Source of the DNA: Bdellovibrionales bacterium
GTDB taxonomy: Bacteria; Bdellovibrionota; Bdellovibrionia; Bdellovibrionales; JAGQZY01
DNA length: 64,000 nucleotides
Assembly (NCBI GenBank): GCA_031426555.1
Contig: JANPLN010000054.1
Coordinates: 1 to 64,000, forward strand
Reading direction: 5' to 3'
Of this stretch, positions 56,572 through 64,000 are shown in pieces. Made by a program: the position numbers and the translations under genes. The notes beneath the pieces are model-generated. The model saw nothing but the letters and a program-made list of their open reading frames with translations, was not told the origin of the DNA and did no database searches. Within the stretch, counting starts at the first letter, position 1, and every line of letters starts with the position of its first letter.

Positions 56572-57747
56572 ATGGACTCAAGTAAAATCACACACAAGAC
56601 CTCGCTTCTTACGATTATCAGCTTACTCGCGTCTCTGGGTGTCCACCTTTACCTCATTCAGCAGCACATTATGACAAAATACACCATGGGTGAGGCCAGC
56701 TCCCTGTGTAACATTAATTCTTTCTTAAACTGTGGCTCCTCCATCGCGAGCTCCTACTCTGAGTTTTTGGGAACACCGCTTTCACTTTTTGCCATGGTCA
56801 CTCACCTTTTGATTCTCTTTTTCTACTTAAAAATCTTTCTGAGCGAATCGGCGCCGGAGCAAAAGAAGAACCGATCGCTGGCCCTCTGCTTGGCCGCCTT
56901 TTCGTTTGCGGCAAGCCTTGTAATGGCCGGGATCTCATTGGTTGTTTTAAAAAGCCTCTGCCCCTTCTGTACCGTGGCCTACGTGCTGTCGCTTATTACA
57001 CTCTTGGGAATTTGGAAAACGTCGGCAGACAACAAGCTGCCAGACGTCCCTGGGATCCTTAAACCTCTTGTGGTGAGCGGTATTTTAATTGTAGCGGTTG
57101 GTTGGGCGTCGGGAAAAGTTTTTTTACGCAAATACAAGCACCCCGATTTTGATCAAATCACAATGTTGCAGATTCAGAAATGGGCGAGCCAACCCGATCA
57201 AACCATTGCACTAGTTGCGCCACAAAAGTTTGGACCCGACTCGGCAAAGATGAAGATCATCGAGTTTGCCGACTTTTTATGCCCTCACTGTAAATTCGCC
57301 TATGCCAAGCTCCACACCTTTGCTAAGGCCAACGGCGATGTTCAAATCATTTTTCAGACATGGCCTTTGGATGCCTGTGCCCCCGTCGGAGACAGTGTGG
57401 GACGGCGCTGTGAGTTGGCAAAGATTTCCTACTGCGCCAACCAGCAGGGGCTGGGCGACGAAGCGCAGGGATATATTTTTGCAATGCAGGAAATACTCAG
57501 TGGATTACCAGACTTGAAACCAGAGGTTCAAGTCATGAGTCAAAAGCTTTCTCTCAACTCTGAAAACATGTTCAGCTGTTTGGCAAATCCGCAAACCTTG
57601 GCAGATGTTAAAGCTCAGGTTGAACTTGGAAAAAGTCTCGGCATCGAAGGTACACCCACAGTATTTATTAATAACAAACTCTTCCCGGGCGGCGCACACA
57701 TTCCTGCTCTACAGGAAGTTTACAAAAAGATTCAATCAGGCCAGTAA
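56572..57747 (+). CDS. VKOR-DsbA/thioredoxin fusion
   Basis: VKOR loop C..C and TM 'CPFC'; C-terminal 'DFLCPHC' and 'GTP'. Confidence 0.9.
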   Translation: MDSSKITHKTSLLTIISLLASLGVHLYLIQQHIMTKYTMGEASSLCNINSFLNCGSSIASSYSEFLGTPLSLFAMVTHLLILFFYLKIFLSESAPEQKKNRSLALCLAAFSFAASLVMAGISLVVLKSLCPFCTVAYVLSLITLLGIWKTSADNKLPDVPGILKPLVVSGILIVAVGWASGKVFLRKYKHPDFDQITMLQIQKWASQPDQTIALVAPQKFGPDSAKMKIIEFADFLCPHCKFAYAKLHTFAKANGDVQIIFQTWPLDACAPVGDSVGRRCELAKISYCANQQGLGDEAQGYIFAMQEILSGLPDLKPEVQVMSQKLSLNSENMFSCLANPQTLADVKAQVELGKSLGIEGTPTVFINNKLFPGGAHIPALQEVYKKIQSGQ

Positions 57748-58337
57748 AAGTCGAAATACTGAAACAAATCTCTGAAAGAGAATGTGTCAGTGTACATGGC
57801 ATTTACAAAAATGGTGTACGCCACAAATACTGCAAGGAAACTATAAAAGCTGGCTTTAAAAAAATAAATGGTGCTGCTGAGATCACTCGCTCGTACACTT
57901 TTTTGCACTTTTTCAATGGTCATCAGGGTTTTTTTAAGATCAATGAAATGTTCGGCGATACGATCAGATAGTTCTTTTTGCTTGGACTTATTGATGTGGG
58001 GCGACTTCCCCACTTCGTGCTTTGTTTTAATTGCCACAACCAGACCTTTGGCGTGCTCGACAAAACGCCGCGACCGCACAACGAAAGCTGGAAACTCCTC
58101 GAATCCACTGTAAACGTTTTCCAGTTCTTTTTGGGCGCGATCGTAATGACCGTGGACAACCGAAGACAGCACCACATAGCCAAAAGAAAGATTGCGGTTC
58201 CCGCCATCCCTTTCGATCAGTGCAGAAAGTCTTTTCTCTAAACCCTTGAAATCAAACGACGGATTTGCTCCTCCTGTCGACGAAGTCAGGGAGTTTCCGT
58301 GTGATGAACTGGAATTTGTTTTACGGGCAGCATCCAT
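57732..58337 (-). CDS. Hypothetical helical protein with C-terminal TM
   Basis: 201-aa ORF with a hydrophobic C-terminal helix, preceded by a sigma28-like promoter. Confidence 0.7.
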   Translation of the reverse strand: MDAARKTNSSSSHGNSLTSSTGGANPSFDFKGLEKRLSALIERDGGNRNLSFGYVVLSSVVHGHYDRAQKELENVYSGFEEFPAFVVRSRRFVEHAKGLVVAIKTKHEVGKSPHINKSKQKELSDRIAEHFIDLKKTLMTIEKVQKSVRASDLSSTIYFFKASFYSFLAVFVAYTIFVNAMYTDTFSFRDLFQYFDFYWPD

Positions 58338-58344
58338 GCAGTTT

Positions 58345-58372
58345 GTATCGGTTTTTTGCAGAAACTCCTTTA
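58345..58372 (-). promoter_or_regulatory. Sigma28 (FliA)-type promoter
   Basis: TAAAGGAG-N12-ACCGATAC, 7 nt before ATG 58337. Confidence 0.65.
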
Positions 58373-58492
58373 ACTTTCAGGCTCATTGAGGCATCGCATT
58401 ATAAATGTAAACTATGGACATACGTCTGCGATGCGGACCACAATTAAGTATGAAGCCGTATGGATGCGCTTCAATGTTTTCACGGAGGAAAT

Positions 58493-59575
58493 ATGTCCGA
58501 ACAGGATAAAAACGAATTTGTTCCAGTTCCCTTACCTTTTCAAATTCCTGAACCTCCGGATCTATCCAAAGTTCCGCTGAGTGTTATTCATTCAGCTACG
58601 GTCGAAACACTTATTTCGCAAACCGAAGATCTTTCAGCTCGCCTCAAGGTGCAGATTCGCCGCAATGCTGTGCTCGAGCGCAGAGCCATAGAACTCGAAG
58701 AAACTCTCAAAACGACCGACAAAGATTTACAAACCATCAAGCGACAGCAAGAGATTTTGCAGGAAAAAGACTCCACCCACGTCGAAAAAATTCATACATT
58801 GCAAAGCAACTTGGAAATGCAAAAAAAGGAACTGGATCTTTTAGAAACCCGCTATTCAGAGAGTCATAGTTTAAGCCAACGGCGCGACGATGAGGCCAAA
58901 AACACTCAGCAAGAGTTGCAAACCAAAATAAAAGACCTCGAGCGACTTTTGCCTTTGGAGAAAGAAAATTTTGTTTTACAGGACGAGAATTCTTTTTTAA
59001 AAAAGAAAATCGAAGAGCTCTGCAATTACCTGCAAAAAAAGGAAGAAGAATTTAAGGAAGCGCGAAATCTTCTGCAATTAAAAACTGAAAATGTAACTCA
59101 ACTTGAGCAAGCAGTGGCGTCGCTGCAACAGCAAGTTGAAATGAATCGGAAAGCTATCGAAGAAAAAACGGAGCTCGAAAATCAGCTCATTCTGAAAGAA
59201 CGCGAAAAAGAACACGCCACGTCCCACCTCACAAACGAAGTGATGACTCATCGACAAGAGCTGAAGAATTTACAACTGATCACCAAAAACATGTCCACTG
59301 AAAAAATGCAGCTCTCGATGCAGCTCAAATCCTGCGAGGAGACGATCAATACGCTTTCGAAAGACAACGCTGAGCTTGATAAACAAATCGAAAATTTGCA
59401 AAACCTTTGGTACAAACTTCAAGCCGAACATGAAAAAGAAAAAATCAAAACCAACGCCCTCACAAAGCTCAACCGCGAGCTTTCGGTGGAGCTTCAGAGA
59501 TCGAAGTCTTCAACCAGCTACGAGGATGATTTTTTGAAAAAATATATTACCAACGGAAAAAATATCGAAGTTTAG
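58493..59575 (+). CDS. Coiled-coil protein
   Basis: GGAGG RBS before ATG 58493; Pro-rich start followed by long heptads. Confidence 0.8.
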   Translation: MSEQDKNEFVPVPLPFQIPEPPDLSKVPLSVIHSATVETLISQTEDLSARLKVQIRRNAVLERRAIELEETLKTTDKDLQTIKRQQEILQEKDSTHVEKIHTLQSNLEMQKKELDLLETRYSESHSLSQRRDDEAKNTQQELQTKIKDLERLLPLEKENFVLQDENSFLKKKIEELCNYLQKKEEEFKEARNLLQLKTENVTQLEQAVASLQQQVEMNRKAIEEKTELENQLILKEREKEHATSHLTNEVMTHRQELKNLQLITKNMSTEKMQLSMQLKSCEETINTLSKDNAELDKQIENLQNLWYKLQAEHEKEKIKTNALTKLNRELSVELQRSKSSTSYEDDFLKKYITNGKNIEV

Positions 59576-60759
59576 TACTTAGCAATTGGCAGCGCTTCTG
59601 GCTGCGGCGTAGACAAGAGCATTTGCTTTTTCATCTGTGTCGCCGCTAAGGCGTAACCACCATCGCTGCCATCGACAAAATGAATGTGCCCGCCCGCATC
59701 TGTGGACTTCACAAAACAGGTCATTAAAGCTGTCGGCGATAAATGCATGCCGTAAAACAAAAGACCCAGTTTATTTTTCTCCTGCAGAATTTCCTGAATT
59801 TGTGCAACCATACTTTCTGAACAATCAATGACCATTCTGAGCACAGAGTCATATTTTCTAAAATCTGAATTTACGGGTAAACTCTGCTTGTAAGACCGCA
59901 TGTCAAAATTTTTAACTTTCCACCCTGTCCACAAAAGGAGCTGTGCCACGCAAATTTCCAGGACGATTTTAAGTCGTTCCCACAAAGAATGCCGACCGAA
60001 ACGACCGATAATTTTAAGCTCAAGCTTTGAACATTCGGAGGTACTTGCTGCCGCTAAGTTTTTCACCTTGATAGGATGCGAAAGTGGTGAATTGAAATCG
60101 ACAATGCGGTGAATTTTTCGCGCGACATCCCGCAAGACTTGCTGGGCTTCTCCCTTTTCGGTGGATTTGATCATCATTGAAAGCATGTGTCCACGGTCAC
60201 AATAAAGTGGAGCCCAACGACACGACAGTCCAGCCATGGCTTCGGCGGAATCTTGCACCGGGCCGGGCGCTAGAAGTCCTTCGCCAGACTTCACAAGCTT
60301 CTCGGCGATATCAAATCCGTCGCCTCTAAAAAAAGCTAACGACGGCCCCCCCGGTAACTCATACCGACCGACCATGACGTCATGACCACTCTCCCGCAAG
60401 TTTTTTACGGACACAAAACCCACTCGCAAGTGCATATCAAACTGCTCTTTTGCGATCTGCTGAGCAGCTCGTAAAGCTTTTTCCACCGCATCTTTTTGCG
60501 ACTCATGAATGAGAGCCGTTGCACCATCGCCACCAAAAACAAAAGGAAAGATGTCTCCATGCAGAGCATTTGAAACGGCCACTATGCTCGAGGCTCCCAC
60601 CATATTGACTTGTTTATATCGTCCTTGCCTGATGGCGTCGGTGGAATTTTGCACGTCAGTGATTAGCAAAAGCCAATCCAAAGGCACCGCTCGGTAAAAA
60701 GCGTCCTGATCAAAATCTAGAAAATCTTGGATGGGCCGCATTTCTGAGAAAAAATTCAA
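59572..60759 (-). CDS. DUF3095 family protein
   Basis: 'TDVQNST.AI..GRYK.VNMVGA', 'FVFGGDGA', 'LSCRW', 'DFRKYD..LRMV' and 'HIHFVDGSDGGYA'. Confidence 0.9.
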   Translation of the reverse strand: MNFFSEMRPIQDFLDFDQDAFYRAVPLDWLLLITDVQNSTDAIRQGRYKQVNMVGASSIVAVSNALHGDIFPFVFGGDGATALIHESQKDAVEKALRAAQQIAKEQFDMHLRVGFVSVKNLRESGHDVMVGRYELPGGPSLAFFRGDGFDIAEKLVKSGEGLLAPGPVQDSAEAMAGLSCRWAPLYCDRGHMLSMMIKSTEKGEAQQVLRDVARKIHRIVDFNSPLSHPIKVKNLAAASTSECSKLELKIIGRFGRHSLWERLKIVLEICVAQLLLWTGWKVKNFDMRSYKQSLPVNSDFRKYDSVLRMVIDCSESMVAQIQEILQEKNKLGLLFYGMHLSPTALMTCFVKSTDAGGHIHFVDGSDGGYALAATQMKKQMLLSTPQPEALPIAKY

Positions 60760-60809
60760 GCTGAAGACCTCAATGTTTTGATTTCCCGGTACTGCTTATA
60801 AAAAAGGCT

Positions 60810-61169
60810 CTAGCTTGCTGGCTCCGAAAGCACTTCGCTTAAAGACAAAATAGCGCCATTTTCGTCGCTAAAAATTTCTACATCGCGTAAAGGGCTCGCA
60901 TTGAAGATTTTTTGAAATTCTGCACTCACCTTGCAAAATTTGATCTGTACAGCTTCTTGGTCGCAAAGATCGTGGAGAGTCTCGACAAAAGGAATAATGC
61001 CATTAGAACCGACAAAATTCAGCCCTTCTAGATTAAAAACCACTTTCGTATTTGCTTGCCCCAATGATTTGATACAGGCGTCGCGAAAAGGAATCGCCGT
61101 TTCAACATCAATGAACCCCTTAAGATTCACAACTGTCACACCATTTCTGCGTTGTACTTTTGCTTCCAT
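60810..61169 (-). CDS. STAS domain protein (anti-anti-sigma-like)
   Basis: 'VVNLKGFID', 'VVFNLEGLNFVGSNG'; GGGGGG RBS before ATG 61169. Confidence 0.88.
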   Translation of the reverse strand: MEAKVQRRNGVTVVNLKGFIDVETAIPFRDACIKSLGQANTKVVFNLEGLNFVGSNGIIPFVETLHDLCDQEAVQIKFCKVSAEFQKIFNASPLRDVEIFSDENGAILSLSEVLSEPAS

Positions 61170-61206
61170 TGAGCCCCCCCAAAAAACTGTACGTAAACGT
61201 CGTCTC

Positions 61207-61236
61207 ATTATAGCAAGAGTTTCCCCGACTTTTCAA
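61207..61236 (-). promoter_or_regulatory. Sigma70-type promoter for the STAS gene
   Basis: TTGAAA-N18-TATAAT, with an extended TG before the -10. Confidence 0.6.
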
Positions 61237-61324
61237 AATGAGGCGTTAAGTCTGGCCTAAAGTGTCTCAAAACGGCACAAAAGTAGGTGATTTTGGCGGG
61301 AGTCCTGGGTTAGGCTAAATCTCC

Positions 61325-63586
61325 ATGAACTTTCACGTTTTATCCGTCAGCTGGCTGTTTTTTCTCTTCTTTCAGAGCCCACTGAGCCATGCCCAATTGA
61401 TACAGTCCAAAGATAAAACAAAAGTCCTTCTCAACGCCCAATTCATCGAACGCGATAACGTAAAAGATATCACAATTTTGCGCGACAATGTGCAGGTGAT
61501 CTTTGATCAAAATTTTATCAGTTGCAAAGAGGCCATCATCCTATGGAGTAAAAATGAGATCGTGGCTGTGGGCGACGTGTTACTCAAATCCGCGAAGTCC
61601 GATATCAAAGCCGACAAAATAATTTTTAACTTTAAAGAACAGACCGGAAAAATATTTAACGGTATTATTATTTCTGGGCAAGTTCTCATACAGAGCGATG
61701 TTATCGACAAGACCGGGCCCGAAACCTACAACGCCAATAACGCCTACATCACCTCGTGCACCACCTGCCCTGCATCATGGAGTTTAACGGCCGATAACAT
61801 CGATGCCACCATCGAAGGTTATGCCTATCTTAAAAATCCCCTCCTCCACTTTGCCGAAGTTCCCTTTGTTTACATGCCCTACTTGGCTATTCCCCTAAAA
61901 AACGAACGCCAGACCGGCCTGCTGCCACCTTCCTTTGAAACCAGCACCTACTCCGGCGCTGGGATCGAAATCCCTTTCTTTTGGGCCATCAATCGCAGCC
62001 AAGATATGACTGTGGCGGCTCGCTACTTAGAAAAAAGTGGTTTGCAAACATCGTTAAATTATCGCTACCGACTCTCCGAAAAATCCAGTGGCGAGTTCAC
62101 AACTTTTTATTTAAAGGACAAGGCCTACAGCCCCTCCTACGATGCGCGGTGGTTTACAACCTACGCCCATTATCTCGAGCTCCCAGGCGAGTACATCCAG
62201 CGCAGCAGCGTCCATATGGTATCAGACACCGATTACAGCACCGACTTTACGCAGTTTCCTTTCCGTGGAGAATCCGCCCTCGACAATCGCACGTCCATCA
62301 CCAAAAATTTTCCCGCCTATCACTTAAGTATCGACGCCAGTTTTTACACCAACATCATCCAAGAAAACATTGATGCCGGCAAAGAAACTTCGGTGCATCG
62401 AATTCCCGAAATTAGATTTTCGCTTGCGGATCAAAAGATTTCCGAATCAGCCAATGTATTTCTGCGGTTCGATGTAAATTACGCTAACTTCTCCCGCCAA
62501 AGCTTGGGTTACGATTCTCCCTACACCCTTGCTTCAGGTGCAACGGCTTACCGTCCGCAAACAAATTTAGGTTATTTTGATCCGGCAACGGACATTGTTC
62601 GAACGGGTCAACGGCTCGATCTTCAACCTACGCTTTACTCCCCTCACCGCTTACTGAATAAATCTTTGGATGTCACCCCATACCTCGGTTACCGACACAC
62701 GCAATATGTCCTCGGCGCCGTCAATGAAACCGTCAATTACAATTTTTTTCCCCACCGAAATTACATCCTCGCAGGTGTAAACACGTCCACCGAGTTCAGT
62801 GCCATTTATCGCTCAGCCGACACCCGATACCGACATTCCATAATTCCCAGTATTGATTTTCAAACCATACCCATGCTCAATCAACCCGATCATCCGTTTT
62901 TTGGAAGCCAAGACCAAATTCCTTATTTTTTACAAACTCAGCCTTTGCAAGACACTGATCTTTTGCCTGGAGGTCGCGGCTTGCAGTTTGATTACGAAGA
63001 CCGAATCATCGGCCGTCGACTTTTAAATCTAGGCATCACCAATCGCGTGATGAAAAAGAGCCACACCGGCCTTGGCCTACAGTACGATCAGCCGTTTTTA
63101 TTTTCCATTTATCAAGCCTACGATTTCATCGAAGCCAAAAAAGACGTGGGCCTCCCTTGGCAAGATATTCGTGCATTAATGAGGGTGCGCTGGGGAAATA
63201 TCGATAGCTTGACCGAAGTTTTTAATTTTCCATATCACAAAGTCACCAACGTCAGCTCCCGCGTCCGTTTTAATTTAGCCGCCAATTACTTTGAATTTAT
63301 TTATTCCAACTACATCAACGTTCCGGCATTACCGAAAGACGTCAACCTCACCGCTCGCCAAGAAACTTTGTGGATTTCATCCGGCTTTAACGCTCGCTAT
63401 CTGACCCTCTCAGGACAAGCCGAATTCTCCCTCATTGACGAAGACGAACCCTGGAAGCAGTGGCGCATTCAAACTGAAATCATCCCTCCAGGGAACTGTT
63501 GGACCATCAGCGCCAACCTCAGCAAAACCCTCGACACGAATAACTTTGCGTGGACTGCCATGGTCAACTTCCGCTTCGGTAAATAA
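61325..63586 (+). CDS. lptD: LPS-assembly protein LptD
   Basis: Signal peptide, OstA-like jellyroll, 'TSCTTC..SW', 'RQTGLL.P', 'PFFWAI', and a barrel ending near 'CW'. Confidence 0.9.
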   Translation: MNFHVLSVSWLFFLFFQSPLSHAQLIQSKDKTKVLLNAQFIERDNVKDITILRDNVQVIFDQNFISCKEAIILWSKNEIVAVGDVLLKSAKSDIKADKIIFNFKEQTGKIFNGIIISGQVLIQSDVIDKTGPETYNANNAYITSCTTCPASWSLTADNIDATIEGYAYLKNPLLHFAEVPFVYMPYLAIPLKNERQTGLLPPSFETSTYSGAGIEIPFFWAINRSQDMTVAARYLEKSGLQTSLNYRYRLSEKSSGEFTTFYLKDKAYSPSYDARWFTTYAHYLELPGEYIQRSSVHMVSDTDYSTDFTQFPFRGESALDNRTSITKNFPAYHLSIDASFYTNIIQENIDAGKETSVHRIPEIRFSLADQKISESANVFLRFDVNYANFSRQSLGYDSPYTLASGATAYRPQTNLGYFDPATDIVRTGQRLDLQPTLYSPHRLLNKSLDVTPYLGYRHTQYVLGAVNETVNYNFFPHRNYILAGVNTSTEFSAIYRSADTRYRHSIIPSIDFQTIPMLNQPDHPFFGSQDQIPYFLQTQPLQDTDLLPGGRGLQFDYEDRIIGRRLLNLGITNRVMKKSHTGLGLQYDQPFLFSIYQAYDFIEAKKDVGLPWQDIRALMRVRWGNIDSLTEVFNFPYHKVTNVSSRVRFNLAANYFEFIYSNYINVPALPKDVNLTARQETLWISSGFNARYLTLSGQAEFSLIDEDEPWKQWRIQTEIIPPGNCWTISANLSKTLDTNNFAWTAMVNFRFGK

Positions 63587-63588
63587 TT

Positions 63589-63633
63589 AAAGCCTCGAAC
63601 AGTCCTCGCCCCTGCGGGTCTGCGGAACTCGTT
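63589..63633. repeat. Second (inverted) copy of the 30361-30405 repeat core
   Basis: 41 of 45 positions identical to the reverse complement of 30361-30405; 2 nt after the lptD stop. Confidence 0.85.
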
Positions 63634-63870
63634 ATTAAGTAATATTTTATTTTGAAACCCAATTTTCCCGGCAATTCCAAAAGGCAGAATTATTTACCGA
63701 AGCCCGCGTGTAGGTCAGTAGCTGCCATAATTTTTTAATCGAGGATTTTGGGCTCAGTTCCAGGAGCTATTTGCAAGAACGTCGAGTGCATGAAGTCTGC
63801 GTAATTTAAAAAACAGGTTGAAAACTAAAGTAGTGAATTGTATCTACCTATAAAGATTATTCTACTCATC

Positions 63871-63999
63871 CTATTTGAAGTAAGAGTTCGCATAAGCCTT
63901 TATTAGCTTTGTATCGCCATTGCTATTAAACGCAATAAGAGCGTCAAGAGATTGATTGATACGATTATTTCTTTCTTTGATTCTATTAGCCGCTTCGAT
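63871..63999 (-). CDS. 3' end of a gene truncated by the window edge
   Basis: Open frame IEAANRIKERNNRINQSLDALIAFNSNGDTKLIKAYANSYFK* running in from the edge; AT-rich. Confidence 0.5.
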   Translation of the reverse strand: MEAANRIKERNNRINQSLDALIAFNSNGDTKLIKAYANSYFK

Positions 64000-64000
64000 G

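Overview
This 64-kb window is gene-dense bacterial chromosome. Gene content suggests a Bdellovibrionota (Bdellovibrio-like) or related lineage, which is an inference. Housekeeping genes include hemB, apt, leucine dehydrogenase, a DEAD-box helicase, dnaE, guaA/guaB, miaB, atoB-scoAB, lptD and a tesA-ybbAP-like operon. Points of interest are: (1) a self-contained Agl-Glt-like (gliding-motility type) cluster at 30.4-42.2 kb that has no gltE-like gene but carries an Ig-like lipoprotein and two tandem vWA (CglB-like) lipoproteins; (2) an ECF sigma/anti-sigma plus exported MsrA/MsrB plus DipZ module with twin divergent TGTAAC-N17-CTC motifs; (3) two sigma28-like promoters, each exactly 7 nt before an ATG (candidate leaderless mRNAs); (4) an alpha-carbonic anhydrase missing two of its three Zn-binding His; (5) several palindromic intergenic elements, one with a 45-bp core that recurs 33 kb away. 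I recognised no rRNA, tRNA, CRISPR array, transposase or prophage. All calls come from reading motifs by eye, and no database searches were run.
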